NCBI GenBank assembly: GCA_051362555.1
Contig: CM120642.1
Coordinates: forward strand, 33,294,001-33,358,000
From: Lingula anatina
Taxonomy: Eukaryota > Animalia > Brachiopoda
DNA: 64,000 bases
Direction of reading: 5' to 3'
Part shown: piece by piece, positions 26,674 through 40,350 of the stretch
Numbering within the stretch: position 1 is the first letter of the stretch
Layout of the letters: the number at the start of each line of letters is the position of its first letter
Position numbers and translations under genes: made by a program
The notes under the pieces: generated by a model
Told to the model about the DNA's origin: nothing
Databases searched by the model: none
The model's input: only the letters and a program-made list of their open reading frames with translations

Positions 26674-29552
26674 CTCTTACAATTTCACTATTGACGGTGG
26701 AATGAAACACATCTTTTTAAATAGTCACCTATGAGTATGAGACAGGACACCTGCCCGCCCGGGCAGAGCATATCACAGTTAGGCACCTTTTGAACGACCT
26801 TGACCTTTTATGAGGTAGTTCGGCATTATACTCGATGCATGCGCAGTTGATATCTCCCCAATTGGGGGAAGGGGGGGGGGGGGGGGGTGACATAAAGGCC
26901 ATACTACATTGAAAAAGGAACATTATGCACTTTTTATTCCGCCTTAAATTCAAAATAAATTAACAAATCTTCGCACAATAGAAAAATACAAAGGAAAAGG
27001 TCGGTCAGTAATAGCAGTAAGTTTTAATTCAGAACTTTAATCTCACATAATATCCTGCAAAACAAACATCAACAAACTACAATAATAACTTCATAATTAT
27101 TACTGACACAGATACCAGATATATTTTGCTACTTCTTACACATACAAATACTTGAGTAAGACTGCCGAAACCATCACAAAGAATAGCAAGCTTGGAGACG
27201 ACAGGCAACTATCTGTCACATTCATTCTTTGGCATTCTAATAGTTGTAAGGACTTTGATGGTAATAATACATATTATATTCTAACACTACCATGTGAAGT
27301 TGTTTTTTTTTAGCAGAGGGTGTTTACCATCAATGATAGAAATCTTAACACTTTCTGCTATGTACTGAAATTTATTTCTTGTCTAACCAATTTTTTATTG
27401 ATGTGACATACCAAAATTCCCCCAATCTATCAATCTGAAAGAAATTCAGCCTTACAGAAAACAGAATATCACTACTAAACAGCTGGTTACCTAACTGGAG
27501 ATTCATCTCTGACACGCTACCTTTAATACATTAAAAACATATTGCAAAATAAATAAATAAACTGCCAAAATTGATGTATAACAGTGGTTGGTACACATTA
27601 AACGGAAATGGTCTACAATCTCAAAACTAGAGATCCATTTGCACAATTTATACTTTATACAATGTCTTTCAGCAACATCCTTGAATTTGCTTGTAAGTTC
27701 CCACAATGACACCATATAGTCATGAATCTACAAAGCTACAGCACCAAGTTTTAAATAAATGTCATGGTAAACTAATAATATACACAATAGTGGCTTGAAC
27801 TCCCGACAAAATGGTTTAGGTTTGAACCTAAAATAAGGCACACATCCATCAATAGAATAAATCAGTTTACAATCTAAATACATAAAAACTTGACATATCA
27901 GGTTTTTACAGTGAGGACCTACCATCCTAAATGTTTTGGAGCATTTTTTCTGTGCAGCATTTTAAGGAAAAATATTTTCCACTCTTGAAATCTCTGTGCC
28001 ATTTCAACAATTAAGAAAGTAATACAAACAGAATGTACATAAATATATATACATATAACATTTATACAAAAGGATAAATATGCTTTGAATGTGAAAAACT
28101 GTATACTGCATTTTTACATGTGGGGAGAAAAAAAGAACAATGACTCTAAGATAGTGTTCAGATAAACCAATTGTACTAGCTGTATCGATCCAACTCTAGA
28201 GGAGATTTTCCCTTAGTGCAATCACTGTAATTGGCTTAAATGTCTAACACGCCTCCTCAATTTGCTAGGAGGTAATAACCTTATTAACTAGCTACTCAAG
28301 GAGGTGTGACAGGCAATCAAGCTGATTACACTGAATGCACTTTAGTGTACTGGCAATAAAGTAATGTTCATCAGAGGCAGGTACAAACAATTTTTCGAAC
28401 CAATGAACCTTGGGCGCCCCCTATATATATATCAGCAAGGATATGGAGTTGTCAATTTCTCAAAGTGGACCAGGCCAGTTTCAAGTACATTCACTGCTTT
28501 GTAGTTCTATATAATTGTGCACTGTAAACTGAAATTATAACATAAACAATCCACTTGGGTAAACTATGCAATGTTCTTTACAATAAACTGCAGACAACAA
28601 TAATTCTTTACATGTCCAACTTCACATCAAGAGATATACTCTAGTGATACAGACTGTACCGATACGCTCTGACATTAAGTTCTAACATGGTATCACACCA
28701 CAAGGATGTTTACTCCCATTCACAGGTTCTCCATACTAATAAATTGCCCATCTTTCCAAGTGTGCTGGTACAGACTATTGCTAAAATATACTGCCCCATG
28801 TGACAGTGGCTCTGGACGCAACAGTTGCCATGACAACCTTGCAATATACTCTTCAATTCATATATGGTTTACATTTATGTTCTGTACCCAGTGAAGTGAT
28901 TGGACAAATACCAACTCATCACATGGATTATTGTTCTGCACAGAAAGCAGTCTGGAGTAAACTCACACCAGGCATCATACATCTAAACTCCTGGTATTTG
29001 GTGGTTTGTTGGTGTGGATATCATCCCTTCTGGATGAAGTCAACGTCTGTGCAAATATACGGGGAACGGCTTTACAATAAAAGCAAGTTTACCTTATTGA
29101 TTTTGGCCTGTTTTTATTCATTCCAAAAACACACTGCCTTTCTCATGATGTTCACTCTGTATTTGAACAAACTTGGAGGTGCAAATCAACATTCCATGCA
29201 AGACAATTTATCATTGATTTAGCCCCAAACAGCTACTTTTGTCCTCAACAGGAAATTTGTCTGGTTTCTGAGGGCTCTACCTAAAACCCATTTCTTTTTT
29301 CTTTCTATTTTCACTTATTTTTACACTGGGAGTCTTAAAAATACGAGGACCCCAACAAAATTAATAATTAGCATCCTAAAATTCACATTTTGCAGATCTC
29401 TGTGTTGAGTTAGAATAACCTGGCATATAGTCTGTGCCGCCCCCCCCCTTTCCCCGACAGAGTCAGACAGTGCAGGTCTTATATATAATGTATCATGAGC
29501 ATTTTGTGACTGCTTTTCTCTCCATGTTTTAACCAAAGGCAATTCTTTTGTC

Positions 29553-29872
29553 CAAGGTTGTCAACTCCAGACATTTCCACGCATATCACGCATTTGAACT
29601 ATTGATTTTTGTTGTGTAAGCCATCACTCCATCACCAAGGACACGAGTCAATGACATATAAACCAGATATGGTTACAACTCTTTAAATCAAGACAGACTT
29701 GGTTTTGAAGTAAAATGTCAAAAATATCAGTTGTAAGTGTCAAGAAAGAAGTCTGGGATCATATGTTATTGTGTCTGACTAATACTGAGAAAATTTTGAA
29801 AAAATGGTAAGACGGTGTTTGAAATATTTCGGTAAATTTTAAAATTTCTCGCTTACAATGTTGACAACCCTG
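29553..29872. mobile_element. Possible MITE downstream of the HAD gene stop codon
   Basis: Inverted termini caaggttgtcaac / gttgacaaccctg; no clear target-site duplication. Confidence 0.4.
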
Positions 29873-29935
29873 AACTTCTCAAATTTTACCAAAAAAGTGG
29901 CTCAACCTTAAAATATAAACAGTAAATATATTCAG

Positions 29936-32900
29936 TTAGCAGTTTTTAGCGTAACGTAGAAGACTATCTAGGGAAACATCTTCTTTAATTTCAAATCCTT
30001 TGTGTCCAAACTCCACAGCAATCTTGACATTCTCTAAGTCATCGTCAAAGAGCAGAATTTCCCCTGGTTTTACCATTAGGTGGTATCTGTTATAGAGCTC
30101 AGTCACCACTGATGCTATATGCTGCTCCTTGCCTGAAAAAACAGAAAATAACCACCAGGATTAGATAGGAGTCTCAATGAGAACAGAACAAATGCTATTT
30201 ATAGGACAAAATTGAAGGATTCCTGTAGCTTTACACCGTAAAAATGACCAGAGAATTTGCACTTGCAGTCAGATAGAAAATTATTCTGTGCTGGTGTTAA
30301 GTACAACCATTCAGTGCCTTTATGATGAAAATAAAAAAATTCATCAGTTAACCTGGTGGAGCACTAGCAGAAAGCTTAATTTAACACAGATCTTTCTTTA
30401 CCAGAAAACCTTCCTTTGCCTTCCTACTTCTTTCATACCCAGTAGAATTCTATGTGATTAATAATATCATTCCCAAAGTAAAAGGATGTGCATTTTAGGA
30501 TAAATATGTGGAGATTTGGCATGCAAAAATAAGCAAATAAATAAATAAATAAAATATTTTAAACCTTCCAATTAATTCCATATTGTTACTGGCTAAATTT
30601 TATCTGATTCCAAACTCAGAAATATTCTTTAAAATATCTTATGCCTCGTCTTTTTTTAATTCACTTGGTTTAAACTAAGACAGTGGTTACATACTTTCCT
30701 TGTATTCTCACTTTGTGTTAAATGAAACAATCTCTTGCAGCACTATCAATTTCATTTTTTAAAGGGAGATATATATGTCTTCAGGACAAAAACAGGTACT
30801 TAGTGATGTTAATTAGTTGAGAAGAGAAAATGCCACGAGTATATTTTTGGATTGATCTTTCTGCTAACAAATTATACTTGATCAATCATTCAAATATTCA
30901 TGCAGGGTTACAAATCTGATAAACCCAAAATATGATAGAATCAGACAAGAAGCCCCGCAAATTATGAAATCCCATGGAAAATCAGATGTTAGGATGTTTT
31001 TGTGTCTGGGCAAAATCCCCGAAATCAGCAAATCCCCTGAATAATCACATTCCTAGAAATGCATTATGAGTGGCTTAGATTCATTTTAAAGAATAACAAG
31101 GTTTATAATGTATTCAATAATTTGACATTTGTGATTTATCCCTGACACCAAACTGATAGTAATTACCAGGAGACACTACAAGGAAGATTCTCCAAGTGTT
31201 GGCTCATTCAAAATATATAAACAGTTACAGGAATGCAAATCTATCCCATTATATAACCAGACCTTGCTTTTTTACTAATGGAAAACATGGTCAACAACAA
31301 TGATAGGGAAAGAGATTAAATAAAACAAGTGTAAATGGCACTTTTCGGGATTTATTTCTATTTTCAGACAGTCTGAGCATGTTTATATTTTGTCTATTAC
31401 CATCATTACTGTACAACTACTGTGCTCACTCCAACATACAGAATTCTAAATACACTCTATTGTGGCTAAAAGAAAGCAAAAATCTATTCTAGAATGTGTC
31501 CAATTTCTCTGTACTTCAAGCCAGAGTTATGATGTGATGGACATTTTGGAGCTATTTGGAAATAATATGAAATATACAGAGAGAACAAACCTACACCCTC
31601 CCCCTCCCCTTGCATCCACCAACCCAAACACCCCTCCCCCCTCACACCCATCCCTCTCCCTCACAATCACACACACCCAGCTACCCATGCACCCTTCCTA
31701 TATACGCACACACATACGTACACACGTGTACACACTCACACACACTCATGACTCAAGCAAACACACACACACACTCATACACACACACATGCACTCATAC
31801 ACATGCACACACACACCTCAACCCACACATGCAGACATACTGTAAGGAAAAATAGCATATATAAATATTACCTAGATTAGTCAAGCCTGCGACGGGGGGT
31901 AGCTCTTTCACCCAGTCCCTGGTGCTGGCTCTAATCATCACTTTACTTATATCACTGGAAAAAAAAGAAAATATATCCACATTATCGCCTGGAGGTGTGA
32001 GGTGCAGATTACAGAGAGAAAAAACTACAGAAAGACAAGATTAAAAAGTGGACAAATATGAGCTTTTCCCAGATGGAATTAGAGAGACAGAGACAGAGGC
32101 CGAAAGAGATTAAAACCGCACATCAAAAGTGTCCGAGGTTATCTGACGCTTGCACCTGTAAGTGGCATATCTTAGCACTGCTGTAAACCAGACCATATGC
32201 TGGGTAGAATCAAAATCACTCCTTTCAAACTCTGGTTGTGACACAGGGAAGATGAGTCAGACTGGGTTCCCATATTTAGATCGATCCATCTGGATCGATC
32301 TCAACTCCCTGGGGGTTCACGCTAAATTGCTATCAGCTCAAGAGGCTTAAATGTCTGTCATGCCTACCGAATCAGCTACTAGTAGGGGTAAAGATAATTA
32401 CCCCCTAACAGTTTTACTAGGCGTGACAAATGTTTAAGCCAGCCAGTTTGATGGCAATTAAGTGAGACTCCCCAGGGAGATAGATCGATCCAAATATCTG
32501 TGGGAATGGTCCCTATATGGTGGATATAGGAAAAACACCATAACTGGGGTTGCACTAACACTCGCCAATTTAGCCAAATGCTAAAACTGACTTAAGTTGG
32601 CTAAACAAACAAAAGGTTGATTTGACTTGTTTTAGTCAAATTTCAACGATTTGGAGAAAAAAATGATGAAAAAGTAGTGATTTGGCTAAGAGAAAAAAAC
32701 TGCCAGTGCCACCCCAGCATAAGAACTCTGAAATTCAGGGCATGATACAATTTGGGCATTTTATGAAGCAAGCAAAAGAGAGAGACCTTCAGGTCATTAC
32801 AACTCTGCCATTAGCTACTACACTTATCTCTGCCAGTGTGGAATTCCAGGCTTCACACTAATCTAAATACCCTTTCAAAATGTACAGTACATTTATTCTT

Positions 32901-35900
32901 AACTAATTCAAGCCTAAAAGCATCTAGCCTAATTGAAAAGTTCAACCTGTGCGTTTACACTCTGTGAAATGTAGATTGCAATGCCCCTGAAAAATAGGCA
33001 AAGAGTACACCAAGGCCCTATTCAGAATAGGGGACTAACTAGTCCGAGGGTCAAAAATGGCCGACCCACATGAATACTTCCCCAAGGGATATCTATTCAG
33101 TGCCTATTAGTGGATTTGATAGCAAGTTTTGTAGTGGGTGGCCATATTTGACCCCCGGACTACTTAGTCCCCTATTCTGAATGGGACCTATAACTAGTCA
33201 TAAATGGACATCAAAATACTGCAAATAACAAACTACACACAATAAGATTAAGGATCCAGTAAAATAGCAATGATCCAGAAACCCTACTTATTCTTCAGAA
33301 TATTTAGTGCATAACAAGCTGGTCATAAAACAGATGCACAGAGATTCAAGTGCAATCAGGCTTATCTATGTTTTTTGATGTGTACAACACACACTTACAC
33401 CCCATTCTCATAGATTAGATCGACCTACATTGGATCGACCTAACTCCCCGGGGGTTCACGCTAAATAGCTGTCAGCCGGACGGACACGAAAGTTAATTAC
33501 CCCTTATAGCTTGTAGTAGGCGGGGACGGACACTTAAGGCGGATTATCTGACAGTAATCTAGTGAGACTCCCCGCGGTGATAGATCGATCTAAAAGTTGT
33601 GAGAACAGAGCCTTAGTGTGAGCACATGTTGTAGGCATAAGAAAACCTAGGGCTGCAACACGAGAGGGAGTGAGAAGGGGAGAGAGAACAAGGAAGAAAA
33701 CAATGACTGGGGGGGGGGGGGGGGGCAAGAGGACAGGCAGAGAGGAGGAAATTAGTGAAAGCCACTTCTTATATATTGTCCTTAAAAAAAACATTCCTTG
33801 ATCTTATTGGCTGTGTGTGCTACGCACTCTTTTTGACTAAAACAAATTCACCCCCCCACCGCCATCCTCCCCCCCCCCCCCTTTCAAACATCACTATTTT
33901 GGTCTATATTCTTTATGTCCTGTGTTCCTTAAATAGTTTCTGAACCCAACAGGAAAACAGACAAATATCTTTCATGATATCTTTTCATGATATCTAAAAA
34001 TATGCCTTGCTACCCGTACTGTTAGCCGGGATAAATCAGAGAGTTCTGGTATTATTGCAAATGGAAAATCTTTAAAATTTTAATCTTTGATAAAAAAATT
34101 TTGACAATTCCTCAGTTATAGAACATTATTCAAAAGGTTTCTAGTGTGTGACTAAAGCCACGTCCATGGACCATTTCATGTTTATAATTTTCCTCCTGTA
34201 TTTTTATGACTTTAAAGAACCAGACTATTTGAACACAAGCCAAGCTTAGAATTTCACTGCTACCAAAATTAGCATCAGGATTAGACCAGTGGATAAGCAA
34301 TCAGCACTCAGGGATAATAAAGTGTTACTCATTCTCTTTAAATATTCATAATTGCTTCCTATTTTTTGTCTATAGTGGGAAGTACTTGCAGCATCAATAT
34401 TGTGAATGTGCAAGGGCCACTATTTTGAGGAAGTTACCTTGCAATTTTTAAAATTTCTAGAAAATCCAAAACACTAAGAATATAGTTCTAAAAATTTTAA
34501 TGCACTGTAACTTAACATGAATGCCCTTGCTCTTGAACTTCTACACAGCATAAAAAGGAAACCTCCGACTAGTAATCAACAACTACCCTGTTACAGGGAT
34601 CTCAAACTATAATGAAGATAGATGAGCCGACTTTCTAAGTAATAGGTGGTGAACAAGGCACCACCTTCAGTGACATAATAACAAGAAATAAACTTTCCAG
34701 CATACACCTTGTTCAACAACCACAAAACAAATTTGACTTATTGCCCCAGAGAATGAGACTTCATAATTTTTTTTTTTTCGCCAAAGCATTGGGAACATGG
34801 TATAACTTTTGCTTATTTTTACAGAACAAAAGCAATTTCAGCAATTTCAACACAGCTCAAGAAATAAAACCTCTACCAACTATAGCACAACCTGTAAGGT
34901 GGACCATTACAACTGAACCATATCTCCTACGTGAGCACTAAATCATGTCTTCTCACTCTAAACATAAAGGACTGGGCTGAACTTAAATTATTTCTATTAT
35001 ACAAACAGGTTATGTCAAAAAGAAAACTATGCCGACACACAAGTCCAACAAGGAGCAATATTCACTTTAAATTTTAAATCAAAACATTTTATAGTTTTCT
35101 ATACATTAAAAAACCTTAAACTGGTTATGGTGGAAAAGTATACTTGCAAATTTATAGTATTAAAATGCTAAAACTGTAAACAGACAACTGTTTAACTTTA
35201 ATGAAACCTGCTAACACAGTCATACCTACACTTAAAGGCAACTCGACCTACATGTATCAGACCTGTTATTCTTACAAGATGCTATTCTGAGGGGCAAGAA
35301 ATATACCATAAAAATACTCTGCTTTATCTAGGAACAGTCACAGCAAATCAAGTGGCTGATACATCAATGCAGCCACCTGGATATATCACTTCAGAAACAG
35401 TTTTGAATAAAATAAATAAAAGAAACACAGAATTCACCATGCATTGCTCATGGGGTGATGAATATAAAAACATTCCATCAACAATTATTATTAGAAATTA
35501 CAACTAACTGTATATGCAGTTTACAAACCTCCTGGAACATTTAATGGTTTGTTCCCAATGACACATTTCTTGTAGAATTATCCTGTACTGCAGCAACTTT
35601 TGCTGAATGTAATCAGATTAACACGCCTTCTCCTGGCAATGAGGAGTAGACAGAAAGCTGGTGATTATGAGTATGTTTGTCATTGGAAACAAGAGGAGGC
35701 ATGTTAATCTGATTGCATTCAGCAAAAGTCCCCATGGAGTTGGCTCAATCTATGTAGAACGATATTTGCACTGGGAATGGACCCTTAGCTTATTACTTGA
35801 TGTTTACTGTTTGCATTTCATCTATCTAGTCTCCTTGTATGCCAGAAATAGTGTGTACTAGTATACTCATACCCAGTACTAACATCACTTACCAAACTGT

Positions 35901-36333
35901 GACAGAGAAGAGCTGGGGTTGAGAGGATCTAGATTTATTCAAAATTATCAAAAGTAAATGTGTTGATATTCACCATGTACAGCATTGGTGAAATATATCA
36001 TGAATCCACATCTATGAAATAAAATTACCTATGTGGCAAGGCATGTTTGAGCACTTCCCTGATCAATTCAGGCTGCTGGGAGTAGGTAACCACACAGACG
36101 TGGATTAAAGTCTCAGCTAAGGCTGCTTTAAGTGCTGCTTTGAAGCAGGGACGCACGTACTCGGCCAAAGTCTCGGCTCCTCTCCGCCATGCTCCCGCCG
36201 TGTGCACCGACACTATCGTACGGTCAAAATCAATAGCAAGTAATGTTATACCCTTCTCCTTTAGTGTATTGACGAGAATCTTTGCTTTGGCCATTTCATC
36301 CTCTTGGACTGTCTTTGGTGTTGTCCCTGGCAT
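29936..36333 (-). CDS. Uncharacterised HAD-superfamily phosphatase-like protein (~194 aa, 3 coding exons)
   Basis: Exons 36029-36333, 31872-31954 and 29936-30132 splice in frame at GT-AG sites. Motif I LLAIDFDRTIV, motif II VVTYS, motif III GKEQHI, motif IV LLFDDDLENV. Confidence 0.88.
32263..32514. mobile_element. MITE-like family A copy
   Basis: ttcccata..tagatcgatc / gatcgatc..tgtgggaa termini; internal similarity to 9832-10054 and 45726-45979. Confidence 0.7.
32544..32717. mobile_element. MITE family C (TIR CTGGGG / CCCCAG, 5-bp TSD)
   Basis: CATAA duplicated at 32539-32543 and 32718-32722; homologous copy at 43235-43406. Confidence 0.85.
33014..33188. mobile_element. MITE family B copy
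   Basis: Long inverted arms attcagaataggggactaa / ttagtcccctattctgaat. Confidence 0.85.
33404..33606. mobile_element. MITE-like family A copy
   Basis: ttctca..ttagatcga / tcgatctaa..tgagaa termini; internal aactcccc..ggggttcacgctaaat shared with the 32263 copy. Confidence 0.7.
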
Positions 36334-37359
36334 TGTGATTGATTTGGAGAAAACAGCTACTTATAAGGAAAGAGATCGTCGTCTTCAGCGGGACTCCATG
36401 TTTGTTTTGACAAATGAAGGGTGCATCAGATGTTGCCGAACTGTGAGACGACCATTGCGGTAGAGAAGATGAAAGCATTGAAAATGCGTTGTTCTTGGTT
36501 GAATTCAAATAATATTTTAATTCTAAAAAGTGCAATTATCGACTGAATATGAATAACTTCTTCCCCCGCTTGCTTCTCTATCTTATGCTTTGGGATGTGC
36601 CAATAATTTTATGACACTTTAACTTTGGAAGCAAGTGCACTTTAGTTTTTAGCTTCATGACTTTTTGAGCTTTTCAAGCATGTACTGTAAAACTGAACAT
36701 TCACAAGAAATGAGAATAATTACTGAAACAGACTAAAAGGTTATACTGCCTAACTTCACTGGCAATCACTTACCTACACTGACATCAGCAATCTTTACCA
36801 ATAAAAAAAAATTGTAAACGGATATTAAATTCATAAAAAAAGTCAGCCATGTGCCTCATTTAGTGAAATACTGGTAGAATTTTGACTTCCCTCCATTATT
36901 TTCATTGCAATAACAGTAATTGAAGTGCCAAATCAATTATGCAAATATTACACAAAACATATGTCACTGAGGTAACTCAAACGTTTACTTTTGTGTGGAC
37001 TATCCCATACTGTATATCAAGTATATATAGAAGAAAACACCAGTCACCAGTACCCTAGGTTCTAGATTCCGGTATTGCCAGCTCGATCTTGATTTCATAT
37101 ATAACCCATATCAACAATACCGGCTCTAGTGACCAGCGGCCATGTTACACTTCCATCAATCAAATAGAACTGCTCCGCAGTGAATCTGCAGTTGAATGTC
37201 ATCAGACCAAAATGAAACGTAAAACAGATTTAATTCTGCTTTATTTAATTTTATTTGCTGTATTTAAGATGTAAAGTGAAAAAATAAATAATATTCTTCG
37301 AACAGAAAAGATATATCCAATGTTTTTGCTTATCAAAGAACATTTAGTCCTGAGATGTA

Positions 37360-37687
37360 CACGTGCGCAATACACGTGCTTGCCGTGTGCCAAATTTGAC
37401 AGCTACACTGTATGCCCGATACCACTATAAGGGCTGCGCAATGGCTACACCAAAATCAGTTTTTAAAGCAGAATAGTGCTTCTATTGTGGCACTGACCTT
37501 CGACTGCAAGATATTTTCAATTCAAACTTCGTCAGGCACTTTGCTTCTTGTCTCGTCTGCACGAGATAACTTCAGCGCGAGGCGGGAAAGGCAGCTCCAG
37601 GCGGCCAAACCTGTGACGTACGAGACTTATGACTTCCAAATATGGATCCAGGCGGACACAGCTGTGATGTGTGACTTCCAAATATGG
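37360..37687. promoter_or_regulatory. Motif-dense upstream region of the HAD gene (tandem E-boxes, CRE-like site, two CArG boxes)
   Basis: CACGTG at 37360 and 37373; TGACGTA at 37614; CCAAATATGG at 37636 and 37678; locally CpG-rich. Confidence 0.55.
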
Positions 37688-38231
37688 AAGCGCCCCAGGC
37701 AAAATTTTGAAGAAGAACGCCCTCAGATTGTCGCTGTTCGTCAGAGCTAGTAAAAGCGACTCCATCACAAGGTATATATTTAACAAGCTAGCTTTTACGT
37801 TGCTCCGACACTCAGGGTAGTCACCAGTTTCTAACTTGAAAAATATTTACAAGTTTATTCAATTCAATCTTGTATTAAAAACAAACTGTAAAATTTATTC
37901 CAGAAAAAAATGTACATTTGATATCACTACATGATATTTAAAATAAATTCTCTATGTACAGTAACATAAAAAATTACAAGAATGCCACTTGTTTGGACCA
38001 GATAAATTATAAGAGTTAAAACTTCTACAACCTAAGTCTCCTTTCACAAGCATCTCGCAGCAGCAAAAATATCTCAAACATGCAGACATTTTGCCTCTTG
38101 AAGTTGCTGAGATGCAAAATAAAGTCAATGATTTGTGTGGGAGTATCCAAAATATCGACATTATTTGAAATAAGATCCATCTAAAATAATATACAACCCT
38201 CTCCAAAAAGAGCAGTGGTGCAAATGTTCAT

Positions 38232-38500
38232 TCAGCTTATATCAGTCCTTCCTCGGATCCTGCGCGCTAAGTGAATGTCTTTTGGCATAACAGTTACTCT
38301 TCCCGCGTGTATGGTGCACAGGTTTGCGTCCTCAAACAGGTGAACTAAATAAGCCTCCGCGGCCTGAAAACAGAAAGGAAGTTCATGTTGTAGAATACAA
38401 TGTACACATATCATACATAAATGAAAGACACTTTATCAATGAAATAAAAGCAAGGTGATTACTTTGAGTTCATGGGCAACCGTACTCAGAACACTACCCA

Positions 38501-38546
<46 letters not shown>

Positions 38547-39879
38547 CCCATTTCAAGTTTAAAAAATGTTCAGTGATGTAAGCATGTGGTAAAAATCCTT
38601 TTAGCTTTAACACAGCTTACCTCTTGAAGAGCCATGATAGCCATTGACTGCCATCTTAGCAAATCTTCTGAGTACATTTCTAATGCAATTTCCCTGACCT
38701 AGAAAATTAAGAAGACTCCTACACATCCTAGATAAATGCCAGGATACATATAAAAAAATCTAGCAAAAAAATTAAGGATATTATTTACAAAATAATAAAC
38801 AAATTTTTAAATAAATAAAGTATTTTTCTGAGGCATTTAATAACACATCAATAGGTCTCTCCATGTCAAATTTATTTAAGCAATTCCCACTCCAGGAACT
38901 GTGTTTGATAAATTTCTGTGATGGCCTTTCTTTAACTCTTACCACTCGAGAAAATGGCAGTTTTCTTATCAACAGATCTGTAGATTTTTGATACTTTCTG
39001 ATCTCCATCAATGCCCTGGTACCAGGGCGGTATCTTCTACGTTGAGGTACTGAAACGTCAAATAACCCCAATAAGTACTAGAACTTAGAAGTATCAAATA
39101 ATCCCCTCTCCCATAAAAATAAAAAAAATAAGATAATAAAGAATTTTTTCTTTAATGTTAATCATTCTACATTATTCTAATTTTAACTTCTGCTATATAG
39201 CTTTTGTTTGAAACAGTTATTTATTATTACTACATTAACCAGTACCAGTATATATTACAGATATAGGAACTCGGGGGCGAACTGGAGCCGTCTTCTAAGT
39301 CTTACAGAAAATGGTCTGAATTTTTAAAGCCAACATTGACAAATACCTAACTTTTTTTCTTTCACAAGAAGGTCATAAATGGAAGATGGATTAACAAAAA
39401 TAATTCGGAAGACTGTCAGAAAATATCTCTGGATCCACCCCTGGGATCTCCATTTTTCTTTTACAAACATTTAAAAAAATGTTATGCAAATACATGAACA
39501 TAGCCATATTTGAAATTGTTAATCTGAGCCTGCATTCCATAGATGAAAGTGGACCTTAAGAAAAAAAAAACGTGAAATGCAGGGGGCGGAGGAGCACAGC
39601 TCGGAACACACACGATCCTAATCATTCAGTGGTGGGGGTAGACAAACGTTGAACACATGAGATGACATTGATTAAGATGCCAAGTTCTACACTGTGACAC
39701 ATACCTGGCTCCTGAACACGCCTTCCACTGCCGGCAGGGGCTCTTTCCTGAGATCTTCGTCTTGGACTTGAAGTTGACGGCGCGGCTTCTCCGCGACGGC
39801 GAGGTGAACTTGGCGGGGTCCTCCTTGAGCTAGGACCAGCTTTTCTACGACTGCTACCCGACTGAGTTGGGCGAACCAT
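38232..39879 (-). CDS. CENPA: Centromeric histone H3 variant CENP-A (cenH3), 4 coding exons
   Basis: Exons 39705-39879, 38943-39049, 38621-38698 and 38232-38363. Histone fold [74 protein letters not shown]. CenH3 diagnostics: no Q68, F84 to W, T107 to A, longer loop 1, and an unrelated Arg/Ser-rich N-tail. Confidence 0.93.
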
Positions 39880-40350
39880 GTCAGTTTCGGTTTGTTGGTA
39901 AATGCCTTGAATCTCTCATTTCAACAATAAATCGATTTAATTGTAAAGTTTTGGAAGTTTGGCTGTCAGAAAATTAAAATATCCGCTTTCATTTTGCGCA
40001 TGCGTCAAAGTAAATTTTATTACCTTCAAACAAAGAAGAGGTATACTTGCGGTAAAATTAGATTTGTGTATCAACATAACAGTTTTACTCAAAAATGGTT
40101 TCGTTGTCATGGTTATTCAACAAGCCGTAGAAAATGCTTCTATTCTGTCGTCGAATTCTTTAATAAACCTGTCTGTACTGTTCGTTTGCGAGCACTTGTC
40201 AACCAGATGTAACCAGTTATATCCAGCCCACACAAACAACAACACGGGGCATGCGACCTATTCCTGACCTGTAGATTTCAGCTAAAACTGGGTGATTACA
40301 ACTCGAGGCCTTGCAGCTGGTAAACTGCTCTAACCAAGTTTGGATAATTT
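39880..40350. promoter_or_regulatory. Putative bidirectional promoter between CENPA and SARDH
   Basis: Head-to-head genes; CpG-richer; NRF1-like TGCGCATGCG at 39995-40004; CHR-variant CTTGAA at 39906-39911. Confidence 0.45.

Noticed and set aside
31462-31855. His/Thr-rich ORFs
   Set aside because: Translation of a degenerate (CA)n and C-rich tract in a HAD gene intron.
37412-37786. Overlapping ORFs of 112 aa (+) and 84 aa (-)
   Set aside because: No recognisable domain or splice support; better explained by a CpG-richer promoter with a short internal repeat.
38232-39879. Canonical H3 or H3.3 call
   Set aside because: Lacks the ARTKQTARKS tail and carries cenH3-diagnostic substitutions.
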